Both the position numbers and the translations under genes were made by a program. The notes beneath the pieces are model-generated. The model had not been told where the DNA came from, searched no databases, and saw only the letters and a program-made list of their open reading frames with translations. A DNA stretch of 64,000 nt from Paraphysomonas bandaiensis (taxonomy: Eukaryota > Protista > Chrysophyceae), in contig CBFFRP010000065.1 in the NCBI GenBank assembly GCA_965644295.1, positions 124,001-188,000 on the forward strand, given 5' to 3'. This document shows positions 35,278 through 49,300 of the stretch, one piece after another. Within the stretch, counting starts at the first letter, position 1, and each line of letters begins with the position of its first letter.

Positions 35278-36568
35278 ATGCGACACTTATCGGTAATCTG
35301 GCTGTTAGGGGTCATAACATGCTGCTGCGAATGCCGAGTGCCATCAGTAAGTACATCCAATTATTATTGTGATTATTAATTGATGTGTTTCTATTTAATG
35401 TGTGTGATTATAGATATCTGTACTAGCTAGATACAAGGGACAGGAGTATCCTGTGACAGCTCGAACACCAGCAAATATATGCAGTGAGCTGAGTGACCAA
35501 TGTGGGGGGAGTAAAATGAGCGTGAGGTATAATGGGAAAACATTGAGGCCTCACAGTCCTCTCGTATCAGTAGGAGTAAAATCAGGCGATATTGTTGATA
35601 TTATCACTAAAGGGGGGATAAGTAATGCCGATGTTTCAAGCATGAGAGTTGGAAAGAATATGGAAGATATGGGTGCAGGACGTAAACAGGCCAAGAATGT
35701 AAAAATAAGTGAGAGCTTTTTTTCTTCAGGATTTAGCATCACTCTTTGTTGTAGATGCTAAGCCTGGTCGATCTGTGGCTGACATTGACCCTGCTGATGT
35801 GAAACGGGCACTTGAGTCCATGAAAGGCACGAATCCCAGTGATATGATGCGAATGTTAGCTGAGAACGAAGAGGTTGAGCGATTGCTTTCCGACACTAAA
35901 CAAATGGTAGTGAAATCTTCTCTAAATCTATTAAATATAAAACCCGTTGTTCAGGAATTTTCGAGGCAGGCAATGTTGAAGAATATCGATCAATATGAGA
36001 AATACATGCCAGGTGATGTCACTTGGTTTTATGTAGTCTGTGTTATAATTCGGGAACAGGTTTCAAGCAACAAGCGTTAAATATTGCCTCTGACCCTGTG
36101 AAATGGAAATTGGCTATGCAGTCTCTACGGGAACAAATTCGAAGTCTTAAAACCGAGAAACCTAGCGCTTCAGATCCAAGTCATAAAGGCGCTGGGACAA
36201 AGAGGCACAAATCGAATGGTATAATGCAAGAAGATGTATCGGAGTACAGTGATGCAGAGATGTCGGAAGACGAAAATAGTGAGGACGAATCTGACAATTA
36301 CGAATTGGACGACGAGCTGGATGGTGGTAGTGATGATAGCTTCTCTGAAGATGACTATGGTGTTGAAAATAGTGAAGAGGAGTATTATAGTGAAGAAGAA
36401 GATGAGATTAGTGGCGAGGGAATTGACTATGAGGATGAAGTTAGCGGTGAGGGTGCAGATGACGATGAAATTAGTGATGAGGATGTAGATGATGATGACT
36501 ATTCTCATGATTTGGATGAAGAGTATTCAGATGATAGTATTGATGAGTTAAGTGATATGAGCGAATAG
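35278..36568 (+). CDS. Signal-peptide + ubiquitin-like domain + STI1-like helical domain protein with acidic tail
   Basis: Exon 1 MRHLSVIWLLGVITCCCECRVPS; UBL-like ...SVRYNGKTLRPHSPLVSVGVKSGDIVDII; STI1-like LLSDTKQM|EFSRQAML...ASDPVKWKLAM; ~110-aa D/E-rich tail. Confidence 0.6.
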
Positions 36569-37304
36569 ACTAATGCGTTTACTAAAAGATCTCAGTTTTG
36601 TTTCATGTGTTTTATCCACGAGAATTATTCAATGAAGCTGTCAGAACAGATACCATCAACACCGGAATTAATACGCAATAACGTGTCAATCATGCATATT
36701 GTAAATGATATAATAGTATAAGTTAAGTATTATATACATGAGAAATACAAATTCAACAAACAACAAACTTGGAGTTTTAACGAGTTCAATCCTTGTGTCA
36801 ATTTTTTAATTCTTGTACTGATTAGTAAATTGCATAAATATGGAAACGAAATTTAAATTCAGAAAACATAGCAAACTCAGGTTTTGAAATCTGTGATCTG
36901 GAAATACCATGTTGGTATGAGTTAAATATGGGTACGTAGTACGTAGACGAGGTTTGATCCTGTATGTCTGTATGTGTAGTATTTACGTGGAAGCGGAAGC
37001 ACCAGGATCCAGGTTTGCGTAAAAATTAATAGTCTTTAAAAATGATAATTTCAATTATTGGTAATTGTTGCCAATTGCAATCGATTAATTGGCTGGCTTA
37101 ATTTTGTATGGCATCTTAAGATGTATAGCTACTCATCATAGGTGCAAACCCATTATCTGTAGGGATAGAAGCTTGAATGTGTGTCCACAGTCACTTTGTC
37201 ATTTCATAAATCATAATTGTGTGTGACAGTATAAGAGTCAGTATACACTTTAACCTCAGCACCGAAGAGTAATATAACATGTCAAAGATATTTAGCAAAA
37301 AGCA

Positions 37305-37671
37305 GTGAATGTCTGATTACTAGCAATAGGCGTGTAGCTAAACAATTTAATTAACTAGTGCTTAACTCTGATATCCTACTATTTAGCGCTAGAGGTGTAA
37401 CCACTATCGCTCTCAGCCCGGATGCTTGACTTCAGGAGGCAGCCCAATACTCCGGATGTCCTTAAGGTGGATCCATTCCCGGATGCTTGTTATTCGTCAA
37501 GGTCCAAAGACGTCTTGTACCACACAGACATTTGGCTATAAGTAGACAAAACGTTATCTGCTGACTATATATGCGGCTCACGCTAGTTTCAAGGAGAAAT
37601 ATCGCCCGTACTTATGTATTTATCCCCCAGAATACCACAAAAAAGCGCGAGTCCGACTTTGTTGATGGTCA
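37305..37671 (-). mobile_element. Short non-autonomous retroposon, copy B (older, internally deleted)
   Basis: Reverse complement reads CCATCAACAAAGTCGGACTCGC...TTCTGGGGGATAA...GAAACTAGCGTGAGCCGC...TAAATAGTAGGATA...CGCCTATTGCTAGTAATCAGACATTCAC, colinear with copy A. Degenerate 13-bp TSD at 37292-37304 versus 37672-37684 (11/13). Confidence 0.8.
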
Positions 37672-38152
37672 TTAGCAAAGAACAATCTGAGCACCTTTAC
37701 CACGATCGTCGCGATACATGATACATAGCATAAGAGCAGAAGGTGATAGCAGATATTCAACGGCTTCGAAATAGTAGTTAAAGTTTAAATGACGTTACGT
37801 GTATTTGTTTCTAATTCGATATTTAATGCCACAGACAAATTAGAAATAACTCCAGATCTATCTAATGCAAAAAAATGCGATTGCTTGAATGAGCATGCTA
37901 GAAGTCGTGAATACGCCACAAATTACTTAATATTAACAACTACAGTCTATCACGAATGGAAGTGTAGATCTATTCATTGCTATGCCACTAACACCATAAC
38001 CATGATGTATATGCGTATAACATAGTGCGCTATATGCATATCAGACCACGCAAATAGCACATATCTAGCTACATCAAACTCGACAGATTTAACCAGTATG
38101 CTAGTACTAACACCCAAAGCGTATCGTCGAACCGTTCACTCTTCGCACTCCC

Positions 38153-39755
38153 TTAAGCGTCCCTTACCACATTATCAAGCCAGCGAGCAATTTCATTGTA
38201 GAATCTGTCCCACTGATGTACACAGGCACTTCTCGTGCCATCGTTATTTAGTATATACCCTTCTGAGTCCCGAATTTTCCAAAACGTGTCTAGTGGTCCC
38301 TTCATATGCTTCGGCACTCTGATAAATCGCCAATGTTAAGATTTTACATGGTGTCATAGCGAGCTGTCACCTGAAGCCGTTCATTGCTCCGATCGTGTTC
38401 ACCGGTCCGGTACCCTGTAAGTCGTGGTGTCAGGAAGAGTGGGGTGTGGCGTGTATTAGCTACATTTACCTGATAAAACAGTGTCGCATTACCCTCCGGA
38501 GTATTGAAGTGCCCATTGTAGAAGAGGTAGTTCTGGTAGCCCTGATCGGACTCAATACCCTTCTTCCAACATCGAACCTGTCAAAAAATCAGTACGATGT
38601 CAAAGTATTATCTATGTAAGAATCTCCATGTACATCTGTGAGCTGTGCACATGTACTAACCGTGTCCATAGAATGAAGCATTGTTCTGACATAGTAGTTG
38701 ATGGCCCGGTAAGACCCCATGGTAGATCCCGAACATATCACAGCCTGGTCCTTGATGGGAGGAAGCGCTGGCTTACCGAAACAGCGTGCAACCCACAAGG
38801 AATTGTACTTACAATTACCAATTGTTTTGACCTGGAAAGCACATCAACTTAGAGTCCATATATATACATCTATACATGTACCCAATGTTACCTTCCAGTT
38901 TTCCGCAAAAACCATCAGCTCGTACTTTGGGACTCTTTCATGAAGGGGTGGCAGCATTGCAAAAGGGCTAGCCTGGAAAAAAGTGTCGCGAAAATCCAAA
39001 ATGAGGATGTAGGACTGGTCATTATAGTACTGCAGCCAATATTCTGCGTAAAAAGGTTAAAATATATAAAGTACAAAACAAGTTTGGCGTACCATAAAGA
39101 GCATATCGTATATTGGCAAATGTTCTCATGGGCCGCGGGTCATCGTATCTACGCATGCAAGATTTAAAAAGCCCCAAAAATGGAATTGTTGCACTGACCC
39201 TAAGAATTCTTTTTTCAATTTACAGTTGTCGCGTCCCGCACAGTCAACATCAAATGCGTACGCAACAACGTTTGTCTTGATAACGTAATCCTTCACTCCT
39301 GGCTTCATCTGATCCGGGGGGGAAACTGCAAGCACAATATCATCCTCGAAACCAAATTTCCGAAGGGACCCAACGAAGCGACGGTAGTACTCCACTGGGT
39401 ACTTGCAAGCTAGAGCAAATATGGCGTCTCGACCTGTGTGCCTTCCAAAAGTAGGCTTGGTGCCGTTAGTCGGCGTCGGTCCCAGCACAGGTTCTTGTCT
39501 GATTTTAGAGGTACTCGCAGTTCGTCTTTCAACAGCACCTGCATTTACTTCCACTGGTACACTCTGACTAGACTTAGCAGGCACTATTCGTGTAGTGTCT
39601 GTGGGATTTATATCTTTAGTCGATGTAGAAATTGGCGTGTTATATGTGGGGTGGAAACCAACATACAGTGCCCATGGTACAACGATCATGGTAAGGAAAA
39701 ACAATATAGGCTTCCATGCCGGAGCGGCACCCCGACGAGGGTTTTGACTTCTCAT
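38153..39755 (-). CDS. Type II membrane GT-A-like glycosyltransferase of unknown specificity
   Basis: N-terminal TM anchor and Ser/Thr/Pro stem. Spliced motifs: FVGSLRK.GF.DDIV, RYALY, LILDFRDTFFQ..PF, ICSGSTMG, SDQGYQNYL and VHQWDRF. Stop TAA at 38153-38155. Confidence 0.65.
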
Positions 39756-40324
39756 GAATATATAAGATTGCCAATGTGGCTCGATGTGGTTTGTGAAGCG
39801 ATTTATTTATGCAACACGAGAGTATGTGAAACAAATATTACACTGGACACAGCGTTGAGTGATACGATATTACTGTACAGTACATCGTAGCTATTGTACT
39901 CTTTGTTGAGCACCCATTGCAATTTTTAAGTTTCTGTTTTTGAGTAAAATACCCGAAATTTATCTCAATATCCGACTATTTTAGAAGTTCGCTGAAATCC
40001 ACAGCATATTTTGATATAGCTGTATGCTGGTATATCATACAGTATATCATGGTACACCAGAGTCGAAGTGGTATGAAGTAGGAGGGATATACAGCCGTAG
40101 TGCAGACGGCACACTGCTGTGTGTAATCTGCTATGATTTTATGTGTATGGATAATTGATTGCTAGTATTCATCAAAGTAATTACTCCCTCATGGACGCAA
40201 TGAAATCAATTAGTTTTGCATTGATTACCCTTGAATGAGACTCAAGGGTATATAGAGTGTGTATTGCCTTTGGTGCCGTGGTAACCGTCTCGTCTTGTTG
40301 GTTTATTCCATATAGTTTGTAATA

Positions 40325-43300
40325 ATGGCCAAAGCACATCTTGAAAAATTGATTGCCACACATCTAGGCGATTATGTTCGTGAATATGATTCTAGCTCAC
40401 TTTCGGTAATTGATTTTAAGTGTGTGATTATTTGCTTTGTCATATTTGCTCTCAGATCGGAATATGGGAAGGCGATGTGAGACTTAGAAACTTGGTCGGT
40501 GCAGTAGATCGTTTGTTTTCAATTATGTATTGACGTCATGTTTTTAGGTGCTGAAACCCCAAGTTGTAGATATTGACGAGGATAGTTCCTTTAAGATAGA
40601 ACATGGCTTTATTGGAGAGTTGCGCTTACAGGTCCCGTGGACCCGCTTGCAGTCCGGCCATGTGAAGGCCAGTGTAGATGATGTTCACATAGTACTCAAG
40701 CCATCTGTAGAGTATAGCCCAGAGAATTTGAAAGCTAGAGAGAATAAACTGCATGAAGCAAAGATGGTATGCTTTGACTTGGAATCTGTATCTCTTTTTA
40801 CCATATGGGCAGGCTAAGCTAGACAAAGAGGAGCAACAGTTATTCGGAATGGCACCTACGTCACCGGATACGTGGACCGATAGGATAATGAATTCCCTGG
40901 CATCTTCGGTACTGTCGAATATTGTGAATGGGTTTTCTCTTTCTTTATCTCGGTGAGGCGCCTGTATTAGCAGTTGTATGGTAATAACTTATACTTGCAG
41001 TGTGAAAGTATCCTTCCTGCTTCCTCTCCCGGCACACGACGAACTGTGCCATGTCCGTCTCTCTGTTATGTCTGCGGTGGTAGAACCGTGTAACTCTGGG
41101 ATCTCGCAGCAGAAGGGTGAGATTCACCTTTTGGGAAAGCGTTTATCGGCGAGTGGTATCAGCGTGGATGTAAATCGTGTGTTCGACAGTGAGGCTTCGG
41201 ACCACTTTTCTCGAGATCCCTCTGCACCTCCTGTTGCTACTCACTCTCGAAGTTTGCATTCTTCCTTGGCTACTGCTGCTTTATCTAATGTTTTGGTGCT
41301 CCCGGCTCAGCTGACAGCCACGTTATTTGTTTGTGAGAGAGGAAATGAGGGCGGAGTAGTGTCTTCTCACCTGACGGCAGAGGTAGGATTCGGTCCGGTG
41401 GAGATAACTCCTCATGTACCCCACATGTATCTACTACGGGACGCACTGGATCAGTATACACGAGATAATTTTCGGCGGCGGTATTTGCACTTACGTCCAA
41501 TACAAAATCCCTCAAGCGAGTTGAAGAACGTAAAGGCCTGGTGGCTGTATACCATAAGCGCAGTGCTCATATGTCGGCGTGGACGATGCTCTCTTAGTAT
41601 GCAGGAATTGAAATCCGGAAAAAACGAGATATCGACGGCGTCACGAACCCAGAGCCGTATACGCAGCCGATATATTCACCTCTACCGTCAACACATTGAA
41701 AACAAATTGCGGGCCTTTGCTTCCCCTCTAAAGCCTTCTGCGAAGCAATGTCGATCTGGAGACGAACACAAGGAACAGACTAATAACAATATGGATGAGA
41801 GGTGGAAACTACCGCCCCAAGAAGCTGCGGAGATGGACGCACTTCATCGATCTACAACTTACGAGAAGCTTCTTATATATCGCGCAATGGTTCATCAGGG
41901 ACTTCAACGCGCTGGTTTTACTGCGGAGAAACTACGAGCAAGTGTTCAACACAGCCGCACACGTTCCTCAACCCTTGGGATGTTTGCATCGCACTTTTCT
42001 TCAGAAAGTACCGGTGCGATGGGAGCAACGGTAGATGGTACGTTTGTTCTGCCAGAAAGTCGTAATCTCACACATTGTAATATAGATGATATTGATGCTG
42101 AAATTCTCAACCTCTTTGAGACTGTTAATAGGCAAGCGCAAGAGGCTAGGCAGCATAATGAACTAATTCTGAATATAAAACTCTTTGCCCCTCGTGTTGC
42201 AATCTGTCCGCGAGAAAGCGTTGCATCTCATATGGAACACAGTGCCGGGAAAGTGGCCAGTGCAGTATCTCCTAAGTCTGCTGCTTTTGTTTTATATGGA
42301 TTGCAGGGCTCATTTGCCCAAGGCGAGCTATCATGTGATGGTACTGCGGTGCTCAGTCTGGGGGGGCTGCGGATGCATGGAATGGAAGGGGTAGAGTTGA
42401 TGTCGTGCGGAGAGAATACTGATGTATGGACACATCCACTGACTAGTAGTGAGGATAATAGAAAGCCGGCACTATTATTGACTTACAAATGGAGAATGGC
42501 TGATGCTGTTGGGGATGAAGATGCATGCAGTAGCCCCTCGGACTCCGATGAAGAGGTTAACACAATGCGGAATGCTATAGAGAAAATGAGTTACGGCCAC
42601 AATCAACACAAGTCTATTGATTTTTCTATGAAAACACTAAAAATTGTATGGGATGAATCGTCCATGGTTTATCTTATGCACCTCGCCCAAGAGTACTCGG
42701 AGAGGGGGCAAACCCATCTAGCCCCCGCATTAGCGTTAGTGACCAGCGTACATCCTTACACTGACATTCGGAGACGTTGTGCTCTTTATTCGAAGAACAA
42801 ATCGTATTTTACTGCAGTAGAATCAAATGCATCTAGTGTCACCTCTTGGAGTGCCAAAATGTGCGTTGAATCGGTGGTAGCTGCGTTTCCTTATGAAAGG
42901 TCGTCTGGTGATAGTGATGCGACAGATGTAGACTCAACGTCACGACAGGGTGTGTTGAGTATATCATCTGGTTCGTTTAAATTGTATGCTGGTGATTTTC
43001 TCGTTGAAATGGGTATGTTGGTGATTCCAGAATTTAATGACTCTCACCAGGCGGGTTGTGATTCATTGGGAGATATACCTACGCGATCTTTGTGGCCACA
43101 TGCAGACGAAATACTGAAAACTAAGCTATCTAAACTGTGCACACCGGTTATCCGCCCAATAGTTGTGCACTTGGAGAATGTAAATATTTCAATTGTATCT
43201 AATCATATAGGTGGCAGTTCATCTCCAATTCAACTTTTGAAAGCCCCATTTTGCTGCAAAGGAATAGTGTCACCGTGTTTGGTTCAGTGTCATGCAATAT

Positions 43301-46300
43301 ATCCCGATGTGCAGATTGACGTGTTTTGCTCACCTATTCTACTTAATATAACTCCAAAGGTACGCCGCCTTGAGCACCTAAATATACTACGCTAATTCTC
43401 TGATTCTGATGATAGGATGCGCTGGATATAATTGATGTCACAGCGAGCGTTACACATCTCTTTATGTCGCATTCATTGTCGCCGGCATCCTCATGTGATT
43501 CTAGTGGGAATTACATCAGTCAAAACACCAGATTTTCCCCTAGAATACGAACACTCGCACCTCTGTGCGTTCTGAAAGCTAGAATCGATATCGATGAAGT
43601 TAGTGTGACGTTGTTGTCTCCTGATAATATTAGAATTGAAGCTGCGGTTACAGAAATATTGACGTCTTATAGCTGCCATGTTCGGGATAGAAGCGGATTT
43701 TCTAGAACTGTGCATACCGCCGAGAGGCTTTCGATCCAGCAGCTTGGGAAATACGACATCGGATTCAGGGCTGCTGAGAGCGCCCTTCGTGGGGTATGCA
43801 ATGCGGTAGAGTCACATGAAAGTGATATTGATGGGGCCATTCGGAAACAAGTGCTGAGCCTCACAAAGACGTTGCCTTCTACTGTGGCACGCATCCCGAT
43901 TGTGTCTGTCACTTTACATGGAATTCATATATCTGATTACTCGCTGACCTATGACTGCAGAAAGGCACTCTATGTTGAAGAATTGCTTATCGCCGATCAT
44001 GAATGTTGTCCAGTAATCCATATTTTTTGTGATAATCAAGGACGTTACGATAATATGTCCGCACACAGTAAAGTTAAGGCATCTAACAGAGAACGGAAGA
44101 GAAGCAACGCGTCTTCTAGAAAAAGTTCGCGCCCTTTCATTGAAACGATTGCTAAGAAATTAGAATCGACCAGCATCTCATCATACTGTGCAATTGGTAT
44201 TGTATATACGGAACAAGATACCAGTTGTGGGTGGGGAGCAGGTGGTCACTCAACTAGAGTACTTTACGAGCTGTGGCCAGAAAGGCATACTCCTTTGAAA
44301 AGCGGAGAGTTTGTTGTTTCTTTAAAAAATGTAGATACGTTACTCTCTCTCAGCGGAATACCACAAATAATTAAAAGCGCTATTCCTATCGCAGCTCAAT
44401 TATTGGAACGAATTTCATCGTACCAACCTGGTGATCGTCATGGAGCACTGCCTTCAAGTCATGCGATGGGAAGCTTTGGATCAGATAAAAATTATGACTA
44501 TCGGCGTGGATTTCGTAAGACGTCGTCATATGACTCTGAATCTATGTTAGAAACTACCAATATATCGTCCCCAAAACCGGTCAACTCTGTGAAGTGCTCT
44601 TATCAAATATTAGTCGACTGTCTGCACGTGGTTTGTGCTGATGGCCCCCGTTATCTCGCTGAACTTGCAGTTACAACGATGAAAGCTAACTATTCATCAT
44701 CGCCGCAAGACAAGAGTGTGCGCGGTGGCAAAAAGGTGGCGCGTAAGATTTCACCCTCTCTACGCGTTGCTATCAGTACGTTGGACCTATATGATTTATC
44801 CCTGGCTGGCAGCAAGCACCCTACAGTGATATCAAAGAGTGTGACTACTGATGAACATATGATAGTTGTATCAGTAAACTTCGAGAAGAAAGGGTGCAAC
44901 ATGAAATGCTTTTTTAATGGAATGCGACTATGTATACTTTATCGGTTTGTGTCGGAGCTGTTGTCTTTTTGGATTACTCATTTTAGCAAGCACGTAATTG
45001 ACGAACTTAATAAATTTGAGGACACCATGCAAAAAATGAAGAGAAGTGATGATGTGCTGCCTCACGCTGATAACGATACGTTGGACTCGTTTGACTCTTC
45101 ATCGGAAGGTTCGGTCGAAAGAATTAATGATGGTGATGAAGTCTTGACGGGATTTTTTGAATATCCTAATGTTGGATTAGATGCGAGTGAGCTTGCACTT
45201 TTAAACTCTCAGACCAAGCACCGTGCATCTCTTTTTGGTTTGGACTACATAATGGCTGACCCACGTGATGTAACTATCACACGCACCCGTTCTGTTGATG
45301 TCAACGATGTTGATGGGCCGAGTGAGCCGACGAGGTCCTTGAAATACAAAATATCTTGGAGTATGGAATTCACTGATGTGACCTTGATTTTTCCACGAAA
45401 TTCGGCATGTGATGATTTGGCCGCAGCGAATATTGGGAGGTTGTCCATATGTGAGTACCAGCTCTCTCACAGCTGGGATGCTCCTCCGCCAGATGTGGAG
45501 ATGTCTGATAGTGATGAGGCAATATATTATGACTTTGACGAAAACCAGTGGATGAAAACTGGTCACTATTCCAAGTGCTCGGATAAACCCTCGACAAGAC
45601 CGCAGTTGTCACCATTCATTTTAAATCATAAAACGTCATTTGACGGCCATCATGTTTCTGGTAGAAAGCAGTTGTTCAAGTATAGCACAGAACACAAGGG
45701 GAGTGATATCTCATCGATTGCTTCGTTTGAGAGTAGTGGAAGTGTTGTTGATGAAGAGGAGTTTTTGAGTGCCGATGAAGGAGACGATGTTGACACCAAT
45801 GACCCTGCCAAGAAGAGTATATTTCTGAGCAGGCAGGAAAGTATAGATATCGATGAAGACGACTTCAAAGATACATTCGAGGAGCCTCAGCGTCCTGTGA
45901 TGGCAAGTGTGTTGTCATCTCAGTTCAGTAGTCGACCTACACCTCGGAACTACACTGAATGCTCGGATGGGGATGCTTTTTCTGAAGAGTCCTGTGACGA
46001 AAACAGTGATAATGTCGGCGCCGAATCAGTGTACCGGCTGGTCTTCAAATTTGAAAACGTCCAATTTTTCTGCTCCCTTGCATCTCGTCTCGATGTAGAT
46101 AGGCCTCCCGTAGACCATATGCAGACTATGTTCAGACGGTTTACGCATATCAGGCAAAACTATCCAGTGTATTCGATTGTCCATGCTCGTAAAGGGGGCG
46201 CAACGTGGTCAAAGCAGTCCTGGAACACGATATCGCTCTCTCCAACTAATATTTCGGTTGCTGTTGATCTCACTGAAACGGCAATGAGGTTTTTAATATC

Positions 46301-49300
46301 AGAAACTGAGCGGGCAACTCCTATGCGCTTGAGCGTCTCTATGGCAGAGCTTTACATGCTCCTCAGTATTTATTTTGACAACCTAAATGAAAAGGAAGAT
46401 TTCTTTTCCCCTGATACTCATCGTGGAAGTGGATCAGTGGAGAGTGTTGACACAGATGAGTTTGTCAGCGCCGATCGTCCTTTTTTTCCGCAGCATCCAG
46501 AATACGGGTCATCAGCATTTTGCGAATATGTACGAAATATAAAAAGCACTGTGGATTTTTTAGTTGTTCGCTCGGACTTAAATTTGAGGTGTTCTATGGA
46601 TGAGAGTAAGTATTTTGGATCAGAAATTCCATCGTTCAAGTACCTCAATATTGTAGAAGAAAATGATGCTCGCGATAAATATACAGGAGCCAAATATGAG
46701 TTTGCGAATATTCGTCTGCAGTGGTTTACACTTTTGTGCTGTATGTCTGATGATGTAATGCAAGTTGCTCTAGGAGTTGGTGACGCCAGTATTGTTGACA
46801 AGCGTAACCCGGATAGGAGTTTTTCGACAGAGGTACTTCGTACTTCTCCAAAGATTGTTGGGAGTGACTTATCGAACTCAATAAATGTCAGACACGGATA
46901 CGCAGATCTTGATTTCGGTCTCAGGGAAGGCCCGTCGAGTATTTATTGTCCGATCGACATACCTTTAAAAATAACATACTTCTCCACTGGTAATACGTGG
47001 GGTGTGACAAATATTGGAGCGAATGCGCCAGATGTTGATGTGAAGAATCTTGATATTGTGTGGCTATTAGTAGATTATTTTTCCAGTTACTTTTGCTCTG
47101 CCGTTTTTGGAAGTCCCTCTTGTGCTGCGTATTTCATGATGGATTCTAATGCTTGGCCTTATGGTGGCCTGGATACCAGAGTTTTTGTCGCAAGGCCTCA
47201 CATTCAAACCGTTGATAATACGGTGGATAAATATTGTCAAACTTTGGTTATAGAGGCAGACAAAGGTGTGTACTTTCGTTACATTTATGACACGATGCAC
47301 TCTGTGAAAATGGAAGTTCACGTATCTGGGCTGGCAGCCATGCTGTTGAAATCATACCGTCCACCCTCACAGGCTCGCGGATTGAGGGGTACGGCTGGTT
47401 CTGGGAGAGGGGTTCGTACGCTTATTGAAAACTTATCGGTGAAATTCAGCACTCACTTTGATAAGAAGGCAAATGTTGTGGACTATCTGGCCCATATGTA
47501 CCCGGAAACGTCTGCTGTGAACAGGAGCTCACCCTCTTATCAAAACGAGCATATCTCACCCACTACAAGTAATGACGATAAGAGCGATGCTGCTCATAAG
47601 CAATCGAACCCCTCCTATACTAATTTTGACGCCGATTGCCTTTTTCTTTCTGGTGTTCGTATACCATACCCAAAGTGTGTCTCTCGGCTCCATGTTCCCA
47701 CAGGGGATTTTCCAAAGCAATGTTGCCGAATAATTTCTAGTATTGAAGACATTATGTTTGCTGTAGCACTCGGAATAGAATTTCTTGGATTGGAAGAGTC
47801 CGTTGAGTATACAAGCTCCAATTCGAAGCTGAAGGTATTGATGTGACTATTTCATGACAATGCTAATTGTGTGTTAGAAATCGGACTCAGCTACAGAAAG
47901 AAAGACGGGCGTGGTAGAGCCTGTGATATTCGCGATATTTAGGATACAAAATGTAAAGTGCATGGTTGTGGACAATGTACTCGGTCTTCACCTCCCACTT
48001 GCTCAGGTAAATGTAAATGTTACATATATCTCAATATACTCGATTAATTTTCTGTAGCTCTTTCTGGCAGATATATCCGCTATAATAAACATTGCACCGT
48101 GTGATGATAGCCTCACTCCTATTCCAGTAAAATCTAGCAATAACACATCTGCAGCAGACTTGTCGAAGGAGTTATCACAGTGGACAGCTAATCTTCCCTT
48201 GCATCAAAGAAAAAGCTTCCGCTTAAGCAAACTACCTTCAGAGGATTCGATACTTCCTGAGCCTCCGTTGCACAGAGTAATGTCTATAGATGAATCACGT
48301 ACTCATATGACAAAGTCAGAAAAGCTCAAATCGGATATAAAGGCTTATGGGGAGGCTTTTATGTGGGGAGATTATTTCAACAGTATGCTTAAGTGCTGGG
48401 AGCCTCTTGTTGAGCCATTTACATTAACTTGCTTACACGACCAGGTAATTTGTTTATATTGTCTCAGAGTATGATACACTTCTTAACACTAACAACATGC
48501 AGAGTTCAGACAGAGGTTTGGGAGCGATTGTTAAATCAACAAGTCCAATTCATGTCAACATATCTGTTGCAATGATACGAACATTGAACGATGCGATGAG
48601 AGTTGTTGAAGAGCTCGGGATAGACAGGCGTGTTGAGGTGGGATTTATTTTTGCTCCTGTCTGCATTAAATTTGTTTTGTAGTATCAACAACATGATGAT
48701 GGGCACAGTCGTGAAGACGAACGCCTATCCGCGCAACCTGATCTCCCTCCGTCACGACGAAGAGCCTCCAGTGATGGAACAGTTTCAAACCTCAGAGATG
48801 GGGCATTTGCTCAACACCCTTCGCCGCAGCGAGAGGATCGCGTATATATGGTGGGAAGTTGTGATGATGAAGATGCGAACTATGGGTCTGTGTTCAGTCC
48901 TCCAAGCCTCAGGCGTTCCCTTTTCTCTCGACCATCATTGGCAAAACCGCATCTTTTGGGATTTCAGAATCACCGGCGCACTCGTGACTCCGTGAGTGCA
49001 GTCGCATCACATTTCACCAATGGCATTGAACACGTGGAAACTGTCCCTTTGAATAAATCAGCTAGAGTTGGGTTTTCTATATTAAATTTAACTGGTTACC
49101 CTATACGATATGTACAAGAGTGGGAAGACGGAAACCGGCAAACTATTCAGTATTTACAGGATGAACAGCGTGGACTTCTAAATTTTATTGCCTCAAACAC
49201 AATTATCCGAGATAATCGTATCGTGGAGCAGTCGTTCACTATGGATGCAGGGAAGTCCACGACGTTGAAGCATACCACTGGCCACCAAGTAGCACTTCAA

